Shown: one piece after another, positions 31,199-42,791 of the stretch
Layout: every line of letters starts with the position of its first letter
How positions within the stretch are numbered: the stretch's first letter is position 1
Virus record (IMG/VR): IMGVR_UViG_2811994991_000003
Coordinates: 4,601 to 68,600 of that record
Length of the DNA: 64,000 bases
Strand: one strand, 5' to 3'
Source of the DNA: a virus
Lineage: Duplodnaviria; Caudoviricetes
Notes under the pieces: generated by a model
Told to the model about the DNA's origin: nothing
Databases searched by the model: none
Seen by the model: the letters and a program-made list of their open reading frames with translations, nothing else
Position numbers and translations under genes: made by a program

Positions 31199-32428
31199 TG
31201 GACTGACCCCACCTCAGTAGACATTTCCTGTCCTCACGACGAAGCCTGTTCGAAAGCCTCCGGACTGACGCCGCCCAGGTGACTATGGCGCCGGGCCCGG
31301 TTGTAGAAGACTTCAATGTAATCGAAGATATCGGCCCGGGCCAGATCCCGGTTTTTATATATGCGTTTCCTGATACGTCCTTTTTTCAGTGAGCTGAAGA
31401 ACGACTCCGCCACCGCATTATCCCAGCAGTTGCCACGCCGACTCATGCTCGGGGCCAGGTTGTTGGCCCGACAGAAGCGTTGCCAGTCGTCGCTGCCGTA
31501 CTGACTGCCCTGGTCCGAATGCACGATAACCTCGCCGTCCGGTTTTCGTCGCCACACGGCCATCATGAGCGCATCCAGCGCCAGTTCGCGTGAAAGAGTG
31601 GGTTTCATTGACCAGCCCACCACATTCCGGGCGAAGAGATCGATGACGACTGCCAGATACAGCCAGCCCTGCCAAGTACGGATGTAGGTGATATCGGTCA
31701 CCCAGACCTGATTGGGCTTTACCACGGTAAATTCACGCTGCATGCGATTAGGGGCAACAACAGAAGGCCTGCCAGCTATCCGGCGTGGTGCTTTATAACC
31801 ACGCACCGCTTTGATCCGGTTCAGTTGCATAATGCGACCTACACGATTTTTACCACAGGTTTCACCGATTTCGCTCAGATCACCATGAACCCGACGATAG
31901 CTATACACGCCACCACTCAGTGCATATGAGTCTCGGATGAGCGTCAGCAGGCGTTGATTGTATTTATCACTTGCAGATACCGGATTATGCAGCCACGCAT
32001 AGAATCCGGCCCTGGCGACATTCAGGACCCGACACATTGTCATGACACCCCATACAGCACGGTGTTCATTGATAAAGCGGTACTTCAGTCGGGCTCCCTT
32101 GCAAAGTACCGAGCGGCCTTTTTTAGAATATCCCGTTCTTCTTCAGTACGTTTCAGCTGCGCCCTGAGCTTCAGGATCTCACTTTTGGCTTCCAGCAAAT
32201 CCCTGGCATGTTGTTCACTGTTATCGGGTTTGATGGCCCGCAGCTACTTGTAAAGACTGTGCGCAGAAACGCCCAGACGATCGGAAACTTCGGCAACGGA
32301 ATAACCGCGTTCCGTGATTTGACGGACGGCTTCTTCTTTAAATTCCGGTGTAAATCGTGGTGTGCCCATACGCTCCTCCTATGCTCAAACTATAGGGCAG
32401 GATCGTCTATCGGAGCGGGGTCAGTCCA
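31199..32428 (-). mobile_element. IS3-family element, orfA inactivated by nonsense codon
   Basis: TGGACTGACCCC terminal IRs; orfA ATG at 32369 meets in-frame TAG at 32244-32246; orfB DDE at 31234-32043. Confidence 0.88.
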
Positions 32429-32581
32429 GTCGGACAAGTACGTTCACATAAATGGGTTTAACTATCTCTAATACCAGCCTAACTGCGCACAATGTAATCT
32501 CAACTTGCAAAATGCTATGCAAACTCAAAGATAATGGTATGCTTCTAACCAATATTGACATTCGCAACAAGAGGCACAGCC

Positions 32582-32827
32582 ATGATCCGCTGCCACCTCG
32601 CCCGAATGATGGGTGAACACAAGCTGCGTATTGCCGACGTTGCCAGAGAGACGGGACTCAGTCGTGCTACGGTAACGTTGCTCTATAAAGAGACTGCTCA
32701 AAAAGTGGATTTGGACACGATAGAAAAAATCTGTCTGTTATTTGGCTGTGGCATTGGCGATCTGCTGGAGCTTAAGGCTCACGGAATTAAAGCCGAAGGA
32801 GAGGAATTAAGGGATGCAGATCACTGA
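32582..32827 (+). CDS. Xre/Cro HTH regulator
   Basis: IADVARETGLSRATVTLLY...LFGCGIGDLLE. Confidence 0.88.
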   Translation: MIRCHLARMMGEHKLRIADVARETGLSRATVTLLYKETAQKVDLDTIEKICLLFGCGIGDLLELKAHGIKAEGEELRDADH

Positions 32828-35759
32828 GTACCACGCAAAATACTACGCCCATGAGCTCACGTGCCTTCACGCGGCAGACAGTGTGGATCGGCTCTCACAG
32901 TCCCTGTTCGATGCAACGGTAGATTTGAATCCTCATCAGATTGAAGCTGCACTTTTTGCGTTGCGAAACCCCTTGCAGCAAGGTGTATTACTGGCGGATG
33001 AGGTCGGTCTTGGCAAAACCATTGAAGCCGCTCTCGTCCTCTGTCAGCACTGGGCGGAACGCCGACGTCGTTTGGTGATCGTTTGCCCGGCCGCATTACG
33101 CAAACAGTGGGCGCAGGAGCTGGCTGAAAAATTTGCACTACCCAGTAGTGTGCTGGACACAGCTGCGATCAAGTCAAGCGGGGTATCGCCAAGAACTTAT
33201 CTTGCAAATACTGCAGGCAAAAAGGTAATGATTATGTCTTACCATTTTGCAGCCAAATTAGCCGACGACTTAGTGACTGTGCCTTGGGATCTCGTCGTTA
33301 TTGACGAAGCCCATAAGCTAAGAAACGCCCATCGAGCAAGTAATCGCATAGGGCAAGCGCTTAAGTTGGCATTTAATGGTCGACGCAAAGTGCTTTTAAC
33401 TGCGACGCCTCTGCAAAATTCCTTGATGGAATTGTATGGCCTTTCAACGCTACTCGACGAACATTTGTTTGGCGATGAAAAGACATTTCGGAAACAGTTT
33501 ATTCATGGTGAAAGCGCCACAGATGAACTGAAGCAGCGATTGGCGGGTTTTGCCAAGCGCACTTTACGTAGCCAAGTACTCGAGTACGTGCGCTACACCA
33601 AACGCCAAGCCGTCACTCAGCCATTTAAACCCACAGATGCGGAACAAGACCTTTATGAGCGCATCTCTGTCTTTTTGCAGCGCGAAATATCCTTTGCATT
33701 ACCTAAGCGCCAGAGACACCTAACTGGCTTGATATTGCGAAAGCTCCTGGCATCAAGCCCGTATGCCATCACCGGAACTTTGCAAACCATACTCGAGCGG
33801 TTGCAGAAAAAATTGATGGGTGACGATCAGTCAGATGAAGACCTGGCGACTCAGTTGATCGAGCAAGATGATTTAGAAGATGACTATTTGGATGATGCTG
33901 ATTTTTCCGATGCTGAAACGGACGAATCGCTAGCAGAAACGATGGGAGAACCTTCAGGTTCGCCCGATGCAACCATAGAACTACAGGCTGAAATAGCAGA
34001 AATCGAGTCATTCATTCAGCAAGCTCAATCTTTAACGACTGATACCAAAGCGGAAGCGCTGCTCACTGCGCTAGATTTAGGCTTTGCCAAAATGGCAGAA
34101 CACAATGGCCCGAGAAAAGCCATCATATTTACTGAATCCAAGCGCACTCAGCAGTTTTTAGCCGATTATCTCGCCAGTCATGGTTATCAAAATAAAATCG
34201 TCACCTTCAGCGGTACAAATACTGGCCCAGAAACCAATCAAATTTACCAACGCTGGTTACAACAATATCAGGGTAGTGACCGGATTACGGGCTCCGCACA
34301 AGTTGATAAACGCACAGCGCTTATTGACGAATTTCGCGAACACGCAGAAATCATGATAGCAACCGAAGCGGCTGCTGAAGGTGTTAACCTGCAATTTTGT
34401 GCATTGCTGATCAACTACGACTTACCCTGGAACCCTCAGCGCGTCGAACAACGTATTGGTCGCTGCCATCGCTATGGGCAAAAGCATGATGTCGTTGTCA
34501 TTAACTTCTTAAATACTCGCAACCAGGCCGATCAACGGGTGCTTGAACTGCTCACTGAAAAATTTCAGTTATTTTCTGGTGTTTTTGGTGCATCAGATGA
34601 AGTGTTAGGGCGAATCGAATCCGGTATTGATTTTGAAAAGCGTATCGCCCGCATTTACGATACCTGCCGTAAACCACAAGACATTGAGTTGGCGTTTGAA
34701 GAACTTCAAAAAGAGCTAGAAGCAGATATTAACGACAAGCTCAAGCAAACCCAAAGCCAGCTTATTGAGCACTTTGATGAGGACGTTCACGACAAACTTA
34801 AAATTCAGTTGGATGCTACCCAGGCGCGTCTCGACAAAGTTAGCCGTTGGTTTTGGGGCGTCACCCGTTTTGCACTTAGTGATAAAGAAGGCGATAAAGA
34901 AATTGCCAATAAATTGGGAGCGAAAGCTCAGTTTGATGAACACAATTACAGTTTTGCACTAATACAGTCGCCCATTGCCAATGCACCTGCCGGCCGCTAT
35001 CAACTGGTGCGAGCGCAGCAAAACCAGCAGCGGCAACAAGATTTTATGGCGCACGCTTACCGCCTGAACCACCCGTTGGGTGAATGGTCGCTCGATACCG
35101 CCAAAGCCAGCGCCACTCCAGTGGCTGAGTTGGTATTTGACTATGCAGGCCATGAAACCAAATTGAGTTTAATCGCCGATCTAGTTGGAAAATCCGGCTG
35201 GCTACGTCTCGACAAACTCACGGTGAGTGCTTTGGACACGGTAGAAAGCTTGTTGTTTTCAGCAATCACCGATGATGGCAAATCGCTGGATCAAGAAGCC
35301 TGTGAGAAACTATTTTCTGTTCAAGCCAAAAAAACACAATGCACTGCGAATGCAGAGTCACCCGTGCTATTAGCCAACAATCAACAGCGGCGAATTGAAG
35401 CCAGTCTCGCGCAATTTATAGAGGAAAACCAGCGCCTGTTTAATGCTGAACGGGAAAAGCTAGAACGCTGGGCCGATGACAAACTGCTGGCCAGTGAAGG
35501 AGCATTAAAAGACACCAAAGCTAAAATTGCCCAAGTAAAACGTGATGCCCGCAAGGCGCCAACACTAGAAGAGCAATCAGAGCTACAAAATCAGTTGCGC
35601 GATCTAGAACGCCAACAACGGCGCCAACGGCAGCAAATTTTTGATGTGGAAGACGAGATTATGGCCAAGCGCGATGAACTGATTGAAGCACTGCAAGAGC
35701 GGCTCACGCAAACCACAGCAACAGAACATTTATTTACCATTCGTTGGCAAGTGGCTTAA
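32814..35759 (+). CDS. SNF2-family helicase/ATPase with C-terminal coiled coil
   Basis: LADEVGLGKT, DEAH, TATPLQN, EGVNLQ, EQRIGRCHRYGQ. Confidence 0.93.
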   Translation: MQITEYHAKYYAHELTCLHAADSVDRLSQSLFDATVDLNPHQIEAALFALRNPLQQGVLLADEVGLGKTIEAALVLCQHWAERRRRLVIVCPAALRKQWAQELAEKFALPSSVLDTAAIKSSGVSPRTYLANTAGKKVMIMSYHFAAKLADDLVTVPWDLVVIDEAHKLRNAHRASNRIGQALKLAFNGRRKVLLTATPLQNSLMELYGLSTLLDEHLFGDEKTFRKQFIHGESATDELKQRLAGFAKRTLRSQVLEYVRYTKRQAVTQPFKPTDAEQDLYERISVFLQREISFALPKRQRHLTGLILRKLLASSPYAITGTLQTILERLQKKLMGDDQSDEDLATQLIEQDDLEDDYLDDADFSDAETDESLAETMGEPSGSPDATIELQAEIAEIESFIQQAQSLTTDTKAEALLTALDLGFAKMAEHNGPRKAIIFTESKRTQQFLADYLASHGYQNKIVTFSGTNTGPETNQIYQRWLQQYQGSDRITGSAQVDKRTALIDEFREHAEIMIATEAAAEGVNLQFCALLINYDLPWNPQRVEQRIGRCHRYGQKHDVVVINFLNTRNQADQRVLELLTEKFQLFSGVFGASDEVLGRIESGIDFEKRIARIYDTCRKPQDIELAFEELQKELEADINDKLKQTQSQLIEHFDEDVHDKLKIQLDATQARLDKVSRWFWGVTRFALSDKEGDKEIANKLGAKAQFDEHNYSFALIQSPIANAPAGRYQLVRAQQNQQRQQDFMAHAYRLNHPLGEWSLDTAKASATPVAELVFDYAGHETKLSLIADLVGKSGWLRLDKLTVSALDTVESLLFSAITDDGKSLDQEACEKLFSVQAKKTQCTANAESPVLLANNQQRRIEASLAQFIEENQRLFNAEREKLERWADDKLLASEGALKDTKAKIAQVKRDARKAPTLEEQSELQNQLRDLERQQRRQRQQIFDVEDEIMAKRDELIEALQERLTQTTATEHLFTIRWQVA

Positions 35760-35809
35760 TACCAAGCTGGCAAATGAAAAATTGTGAAGTTACGAACACA
35801 GGAATATAT

Positions 35810-38800
35810 ATGAGCAAGTTTAACGAGCTAGTCACTAAACTAAGAGAAGTATTCCAGATTGATCGCCCCGAACTGGATTTTGGTGTTTATCGCATCCTCA
35901 ATGCGCGTGCCGATGAGATCAATGAATATCTGGAAAAACGCCTTAAAGAAAAAGTAGAACAGGCGTTAGCTAGTGGCAGTGCAGCCAATATCGGTCAGCT
36001 CAAAGACGATTTGAAAAAGGCCGAACAGGCTGCAACTGATGCAGGCTTTGACCCAGCTGAGTCTCCAAAAGTTAAAGAACTGAAAGCCAAAATAACCCAG
36101 GCCAGTAGCGGCAACGCCGAACATGAAAACGCCGTATTCAGCCACCTGCTGACCTTCTTCTCCCGTTATTACGACAACGGCGATTTTATCAGCCAGCGTC
36201 GTTATAAAGGTGACACCTACGCCATTCCCTATGCCGGCGAGGAAGTCATGCTGCATTGGGCCAATAAAGACCAGTACTACATCAAAAGCGGCGAAAATTT
36301 CTCCAATTACTCGTTTAAATTAGATGATGGCCGTGTGGTGCACTTCCGCTTGGTTGCCGCCGACACAGCCAAAGACAACCGCAAAGACAACGACAAAGAG
36401 CGCCGCTTTGTATTAGCTGAGCAGAAGATCATTACGCGCATCGACGACGAAGGCGAAGGGTATGAAGAAGAAATTCTTCCAGTACAGGAAGTCATCAAAA
36501 AAGACATCGATGGCAACGAAACGAAAGAGCTCATTATCCGTTTTGAATATAAAGCCATGCCGAAAGGCAGCAAGCAGGATAAGTTGGTGGAAGCGGCAGT
36601 GAGTGCTGTGCTAGCCGAAGGAGCTACAGCCAGCCGTTGGCTGGATTTAAGCAAGCGAGAACCGACAGAAAAGAACCCGAAGCGCACACTGCTTGAAAAG
36701 CACCTAACCAACTACACCACTAAAAATACCGCCGACTATTTTATCCATAAAAACCTCGGTAAGTTTCTACGTGGTGAGCTGGATTTTTATATTAAAAACG
36801 AAGTGATACACTTGGATGACGTGCAGAACGCAGAAATCTTTAGTGATATAGAAAATAATCTGCGTATGATTCAGTGCTTGCGCAGTATTGCGTTGGATTT
36901 GATTAAATTCTTGGCGCAATTGGAGGATTTTCAGAAGAAGTTGTGGACAAAGAAAAAATTTATTACGAACACCAACTACTTGATATCGCTAGATCTAGTT
37001 CCAAAAATTGTATGGCCTGAAGTTTGCTCAAATAAAGCGCAAATCCAAGATTGGATTATTAATTTTTCAATAGATAAAATTAATGGATTTTCATTACCTA
37101 TCACAGAGAAGTTTTTGGGTGAGAACCAAGAGCTAATCTTAGATACAAAATTTTTCTCACCGCACTTCAAAAATAGATTAATTTCAAATTTTGAAGGCCT
37201 AGATGAATGCTTGGCAGCTGAATTGTACTCTGGCGACAATTTACATGCACTTTCAATCATTCAAGAAAAATACAGAGATAAAATCAAATTCGCATACATC
37301 GACCCACCATACAACACCGGGGGTGATGGTTTTTTCTATAGAGATACATATAAACATTCTTCATGGTTATCCATGATTCATCCAAAGTTGCAACTAACTA
37401 ATTCATTGCTTAAAGAAAATGGGGTTATCTATTGCAGCATTGATGCAGTTGAAAGGGCTGGCTTGCAAACGGCGCTAGACAATACATTTGGTAATGAAAA
37501 TAAAGTGGAAGAAGTTATATGGGCACAAAATACTACTAAAAACCAATCACCTACTTTTTCTACAAACCATGAATACGTTCAAGTTTATGCAAAGAATATA
37601 GAGTCGGTTAAAAAAGAGTACTTCATGTTCCGTGAAGTTAAGCCGGGCTACAAGGAAGTCAAAGAATTGATTAGTGAACTTTTACCTGATTATCCCACTA
37701 TTGCCGTTGTGGAAAAGGCACTATCAAAGCTTTACAAAGATCACAAAGCAGAACTTAAGAGTCAAGGCGTAGACCCCAAGGATGACCCCTGGAAAAGCCT
37801 AACAAACTACAATCGGGCAGAATATAGAGATTCGAAAGGAAATCTAGTTTGCGAGACAGAGGCTAAAGAGAAAAAAGCTGACATTTTTGTATGGAGAGAA
37901 GTTGATACCTCACTCCCGCAGGTTAAAGAGGACTCTCAAAAAGACGAATTTCGTGACGAAAACCATCCGGATTTCCGTTTTTACAGGCCACTTCATCCCA
38001 CCACTCAAAGACCTTGCACGCCCCCAAAAACCGGATGGAGATGGTCATTTGAGAGATATGGGAGACAAAATACTTCTTTTTCTGAGTTAGTAGAAAAAGA
38101 TCGTATTGTTTGGGGTGAAAATGAAAGCAAAGTGCCTCAACAAAAAAGCTTTTTGGATGAAGTTTCTACAAATGTTGCAAAGTCCGTTGTGAATGATTAC
38201 GCAGATGGAGAAAAGGAACTCAGAAATCTTTTTGGGAAAAGCAGAGCATTTTCTAATCCTAAACCTACTTCGTTAATAGAAAGGTTCGCGACACAGGCGG
38301 ACCTTAGTGATAGTGATATAGCAATTGACTATTTTGCAGGTTCGGGAACTACAGGCAATGCAATAATCTCACTAAACAAGAAGAAAGCCAAAAAGACCAA
38401 GTTTTTATTGGTGGAAATGGGGGAATACTTTTCAAGCATTCTATTGCCGCGTATTAAAAAATCAGCTTACTCCCTACTTTGGGATGATGGACTACCAGTA
38501 AGGCTGTCATCTGCTTTAGATATTTCTCGATTAGAAAAGCAGTTGCATACAGAGCGCGATGTTGTCCAGCAAAGGAAAATTGCACAAAAAATTGAGGCTG
38601 CAAAGGGTAAGTGTGATGACGATATCGCATCAAGAAATTTTATCACAAAATATATATCTCTTGAATCTTATGAAGACACGCTTAATAACTTAGAATTGAA
38701 AAAGCCTAAAGTCGATCTTTTCGACAATAATCCTGAACTCAAAGATGACTACCTGCTTAACTATATGTTCGATGTCGAGAGTCGTGGTTCTCTGTTATCT

Positions 38801-39232
38801 ACCGATAACTTTAAAAAGCCATTCGATTACACTATGAAGATCGCCGTAGATTCTGCCGGTGCCTTTGAAGAGCAAAAAATCGATTTAGTGGAAACCTTTA
38901 ACTACTTAATTGGCTTAACCATAAAGCATATTGATGCGCAGCCTGAGCGTGGTTTTGTGACGGTAACTGGCACCCTGCCCAGTGGTGAAACCTGTTTGGT
39001 CTTATGGCGCGACTGCGAGAAGATCGATTACGAAGGCCTCAACAAACTATGCGATAAGCTGGCGCTAAACCCGGCAGACAATGAATTTGATGTCGTCTAC
39101 ATCAATGGCGATCATAATATTCCCACGGTACTGTCTCAAACAGCCGACGAAGGTGGCGAGACGCGCGTATTAAAACTGCGCCAGATTGAACCGGAGTTTT
39201 TGGAACGTATGTTTGCCGAGGAGGAAATTTAA
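35810..39232 (+). CDS. mod: Type III-like Mod, beta-class adenine DNA methyltransferase
   Basis: YIDPPYNTG followed by DYFAGSGTTG (motif IV before motif I). Confidence 0.9.
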   Translation: MSKFNELVTKLREVFQIDRPELDFGVYRILNARADEINEYLEKRLKEKVEQALASGSAANIGQLKDDLKKAEQAATDAGFDPAESPKVKELKAKITQASSGNAEHENAVFSHLLTFFSRYYDNGDFISQRRYKGDTYAIPYAGEEVMLHWANKDQYYIKSGENFSNYSFKLDDGRVVHFRLVAADTAKDNRKDNDKERRFVLAEQKIITRIDDEGEGYEEEILPVQEVIKKDIDGNETKELIIRFEYKAMPKGSKQDKLVEAAVSAVLAEGATASRWLDLSKREPTEKNPKRTLLEKHLTNYTTKNTADYFIHKNLGKFLRGELDFYIKNEVIHLDDVQNAEIFSDIENNLRMIQCLRSIALDLIKFLAQLEDFQKKLWTKKKFITNTNYLISLDLVPKIVWPEVCSNKAQIQDWIINFSIDKINGFSLPITEKFLGENQELILDTKFFSPHFKNRLISNFEGLDECLAAELYSGDNLHALSIIQEKYRDKIKFAYIDPPYNTGGDGFFYRDTYKHSSWLSMIHPKLQLTNSLLKENGVIYCSIDAVERAGLQTALDNTFGNENKVEEVIWAQNTTKNQSPTFSTNHEYVQVYAKNIESVKKEYFMFREVKPGYKEVKELISELLPDYPTIAVVEKALSKLYKDHKAELKSQGVDPKDDPWKSLTNYNRAEYRDSKGNLVCETEAKEKKADIFVWREVDTSLPQVKEDSQKDEFRDENHPDFRFYRPLHPTTQRPCTPPKTGWRWSFERYGRQNTSFSELVEKDRIVWGENESKVPQQKSFLDEVSTNVAKSVVNDYADGEKELRNLFGKSRAFSNPKPTSLIERFATQADLSDSDIAIDYFAGSGTTGNAIISLNKKKAKKTKFLLVEMGEYFSSILLPRIKKSAYSLLWDDGLPVRLSSALDISRLEKQLHTERDVVQQRKIAQKIEAAKGKCDDDIASRNFITKYISLESYEDTLNNLELKKPKVDLFDNNPELKDDYLLNYMFDVESRGSLLSTDNFKKPFDYTMKIAVDSAGAFEEQKIDLVETFNYLIGLTIKHIDAQPERGFVTVTGTLPSGETCLVLWRDCEKIDYEGLNKLCDKLALNPADNEFDVVYINGDHNIPTVLSQTADEGGETRVLKLRQIEPEFLERMFAEEEI

Positions 39233-42200
39233 TGGCCTTCCCAAAAACAGCAGCAAAGACAAAGCTAAAGAAACGGAGCTTTCATCAAGAGTTAGTGCTC
39301 AACCGTTGGATGATGCGATTTTTTAAAGGCAATGAACTTGCTGCGCTAAAACTTCGTTTGGGTGATGACCTGCACGAAGGCATTGATGAAGACGGGCAAA
39401 CCCTGTTCTTTCATGAACTGACGCGCAACCTGTTTGAAGTGGACTGGATTTCCGAGGCCGATTTACGCCGCTACGATTTACATATTGTTGAGCACTGGCA
39501 GGCTATTACCAAACACCGTAATCAACTGGAAGGCCATGTGCTGAACATGAAGTACTTTCAGTATTTATCGTTGTTGTTCACTGAAATATATCTGGACTGG
39601 TACTTTTCCAAGCCACAAGCATTGCTTGATGGCCTGAACGAAGAGCTGGCAACGTATAGTAAAGAGCAAGGCGCAGAAACCTTTCAGACCTATATCGCCA
39701 GCGACTTGAATAAGATCGCGTTCTGGAATGCCACGGGCAGCGGTAAAACCCTGCTACTACATGTAAATATCAAACAGTATTTACATTATTTTCAAGCTGG
39801 CAATAGCAGTCTGTACCCGGACAAAATCATTCTGCTAACACCGAACGAAGGCTTATCTAAGCAGCATCTGGAGGAATTAGAGTTTTCAGGTTTCAGTTTC
39901 AGTCGTTTCTTCGATAAGAACCGAACCAACACCTTTAAAGGCACCATCGAGATTATCGACATCAACAAGCTCGGTGACAGTATGGGCGATAAAACGGTTG
40001 CCGTTGAAGCCTTTGAAGGCAATAACCTAGTACTGATCGACGAAGGCCACCGTGGCACCGGTACAGCCGCAGGTCCCTGGATGCAACGCCGTGATGCATT
40101 GGTACGAGGTGGTTTTGCCTTTGAATACTCGGCGACTTTTGGTCAGGCTGTGGCGAAGGGTAATACTGTCGTCAAAGCCGAAGAAGAGCTCTTGAAAAAG
40201 AAAGCCAAAACGCTGTTTGAGACAACGGCATTAAAGAAGCTGGATGACGCACAACTCGCACAGCTAGTCTTAACACAAGCGGAGCAACGCCAGGCACGCG
40301 TGACAGCTACCCGAGAGATCTATGCGAAGTGCATTCTGTTTGACTATTCCTACAAATATTTCTACGACGATGGCTATGGCAAAGAATCGCTCATTTTAAA
40401 TATGAATGGTGAGGCCTACGAGCAAGCCGATAATGCACAAAAGTATTTTACTGCTTGTTTATTAAGTTTTTATCAGCAAACCTGGCTTTGGCAAACCCAT
40501 CAAGGCAAGTTGAATGACTTTAATATTGCAAAACCTCTATGGGTTTTTGTGGGTAATACGGTGTCCGGAGAGGATTCCGACATTCTCGAAGTCGTGCAGT
40601 TTTTAAGTTTCTTCCTGAATGATGAGCAAACTATAAAAACTTGGCTTAAAGAGTTGGTCGATGACAAGGCGCAACTGCTCGATGCCAAACGCAACAATAT
40701 TTTCCAGGGGCGGTTTAACTCTTTAATGGGGTTCAGCAACAATATCGATGGTCTGTACGCCGACATTTTGCACAAGCTGTTCAATGCCAACACCCGCCAG
40801 CGTTTAAAGCTGGTGAACATCAAGAACAGTAAAGGCGAGCTGGCACTGCGTGTGGGCGATGCCGAACCGTTTGGCCTGATCTCGATTGGTGATGACAGTG
40901 GCTTTTATAAAACCGCAGAGGAACTGGATAGCTTCGACAGTGCAGCCGACGATTTTGGCGGGGCCCTGTTCGGTACACTGAACAACAAAGACAGCAAATT
41001 GAATGTGCTGATTGGCTCTCGCAAATTTACTGAAGGCTGGAGCAGCTGGCGTGTATCCACCATGGGATTGCTGAATATGGGCCAAGGAGAAGGTTCACAA
41101 ATTATTCAGTTGTTTGGTCGTGGCGTGCGCCTTAAGGGCAAAGACTTCTCGCTGAAGCGTACAGCGCCAAATCAGCGCCCGAAAGGTCTGTACTTGGATA
41201 AGCTGGAAACCCTGAACATATTTGGCGTGCGCGCCAGCTATATGGCCGCCTTTAAGGATTATCTGAAGGAGGAAGGTATTACCCCAAGCGATGAAATCAT
41301 CGAACTGGACTTCCCGACTCAACCAAACTTGCCGACCAAAAAGTTAAAGACTCTGGCGCTAAAGGATGGTTATAAAGACAACCAAAAGTTGGGCTTTAAA
41401 CGGACCCACTATCCTTGGTTGTATGTAATCCCGGCAGAGTTTGACGGCAAGATCAAAACCCCGCATATCGCTTTGGATTTGTACCCTAGACTAGAGGCGA
41501 TTAGTACAACAGAAGGCAGCGCTGTACTGCAATTGAATGTGCGCCATGAAGGAAAACTCAACCAGGCACATTTTGCATTATTTGATTTTGACCGAATTTA
41601 CCTAGCGCTGCAGGCATTCAAGCAACAGCGTAACTGGAGCAACTTGCGTTTAGACAAGCAACGGTTGATCGATTTCTGTCTGGGGGAACGTAGCTGGTAT
41701 ACGCTGTATATGCCCAAACCAGAATTTGAGGCGAAAAGCTTTGCTGACATTAAACGGTTAGAAGATATTCTGATCCGTTTATTGTGTGACTATACGGAAC
41801 GGTTCTACAAAGCACTGAAAACCGGTTATGAAGGCCAGTTTTATGAAGTGATCTCCATGCATGATGAGCACGGATCCATGCTCAAACTCTACCACTTCGA
41901 AATTGATGACAGCGATGATGGTCATGAATATTTAAAGAAACTGGAAGTGCTTAAGGCTCTGGTTGCCAAGGGTGACTTGGGGGAGGCCAGCAAGTGGAAT
42001 GCACCGCACATGGTCGCAATAAGCTTTGATCGGCATTTGTTCTACCCCCTGTTGTCTTTGGAAGATAAAGACGCGGTGCCATTAAAAATGCGCCCACTGG
42101 CGTTTGATGCGCCAAGCGAAATTCAATTTATTGAAGATTTGCAGGCATTTTATGGCTCGTCAGTAGGACGCGAGGCGATTGGTACGCGAAGCCTGTATTT

Positions 42201-42594
42201 ACTGCGTAATGCGGATTCAAAGAACAAGGGAATTGGGTTTGCAACGGCAGGTAACTTTTACCCGGACTTCTTGCTTTGGCTGGTTGATGATGCAAGCGGT
42301 GAGCAGTGGCTTTCGTTTGTTGATCCAAAAGGTTTAAAGCACATGGATCTGAACCATCCGAAATTGGGGCTTTATACCGAAATCAAAAAGATTGAGGCAG
42401 ACTTAACCAAGCAGGCTGCAGCTGGCGAGCCCGCACTAACGCTCAATGCTTTTGTGCTTTCACCAACAAAATATGCTGATTTATTGAACGTCGGCGATAA
42501 AGTGAAAAAGCAAGAGCTGGAAGACAAGCACATGTTGTTCATGGAAGATGGTGGGAACAGCTACCTTAAAAAAATGTTTGACCGGATTAATTAA
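39232..42594 (+). CDS. res: Type III-like Res: SF2 helicase plus PD-(D/E)xK nuclease
   Basis: ATGSGKT, DEGH, YSAT, QLFGRGVR; FYPDFLLW...FVDPKG. Confidence 0.88.
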   Translation: MAFPKTAAKTKLKKRSFHQELVLNRWMMRFFKGNELAALKLRLGDDLHEGIDEDGQTLFFHELTRNLFEVDWISEADLRRYDLHIVEHWQAITKHRNQLEGHVLNMKYFQYLSLLFTEIYLDWYFSKPQALLDGLNEELATYSKEQGAETFQTYIASDLNKIAFWNATGSGKTLLLHVNIKQYLHYFQAGNSSLYPDKIILLTPNEGLSKQHLEELEFSGFSFSRFFDKNRTNTFKGTIEIIDINKLGDSMGDKTVAVEAFEGNNLVLIDEGHRGTGTAAGPWMQRRDALVRGGFAFEYSATFGQAVAKGNTVVKAEEELLKKKAKTLFETTALKKLDDAQLAQLVLTQAEQRQARVTATREIYAKCILFDYSYKYFYDDGYGKESLILNMNGEAYEQADNAQKYFTACLLSFYQQTWLWQTHQGKLNDFNIAKPLWVFVGNTVSGEDSDILEVVQFLSFFLNDEQTIKTWLKELVDDKAQLLDAKRNNIFQGRFNSLMGFSNNIDGLYADILHKLFNANTRQRLKLVNIKNSKGELALRVGDAEPFGLISIGDDSGFYKTAEELDSFDSAADDFGGALFGTLNNKDSKLNVLIGSRKFTEGWSSWRVSTMGLLNMGQGEGSQIIQLFGRGVRLKGKDFSLKRTAPNQRPKGLYLDKLETLNIFGVRASYMAAFKDYLKEEGITPSDEIIELDFPTQPNLPTKKLKTLALKDGYKDNQKLGFKRTHYPWLYVIPAEFDGKIKTPHIALDLYPRLEAISTTEGSAVLQLNVRHEGKLNQAHFALFDFDRIYLALQAFKQQRNWSNLRLDKQRLIDFCLGERSWYTLYMPKPEFEAKSFADIKRLEDILIRLLCDYTERFYKALKTGYEGQFYEVISMHDEHGSMLKLYHFEIDDSDDGHEYLKKLEVLKALVAKGDLGEASKWNAPHMVAISFDRHLFYPLLSLEDKDAVPLKMRPLAFDAPSEIQFIEDLQAFYGSSVGREAIGTRSLYLLRNADSKNKGIGFATAGNFYPDFLLWLVDDASGEQWLSFVDPKGLKHMDLNHPKLGLYTEIKKIEADLTKQAAAGEPALTLNAFVLSPTKYADLLNVGDKVKKQELEDKHMLFMEDGGNSYLKKMFDRIN

Positions 42595-42719
42595 TCACAA
42601 CCAGCGCTCGGGAATCTCTAGCTCAAATTGCTTCGCTGCATATTAGAGCATAGAGATTATGCTCTGGTGATTGCTTGCTAGAATAGTGGAATTCTGATAA
42701 CAACGGTAAAAAATACAGC

Positions 42720-42754
42720 GACCAACCAGTCCTAAGCGGGCTGGTTGGTCTTTT
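42720..42754. terminator. Terminator between res and the convergent integrase
   Basis: GACCAACCAG...CTGGTTGGTC followed by TTTTT. Confidence 0.7.
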
Positions 42755-42791
42755 TAATTTAAACATCAACCGAGAAATAAAGGCATTCAAC

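Noticed and set aside
32814-42594. BREX or DISARM
   Set aside because: No PglZ, BrxC, DUF1998 or PLD genes; the Mod/Res architecture fits type III RM
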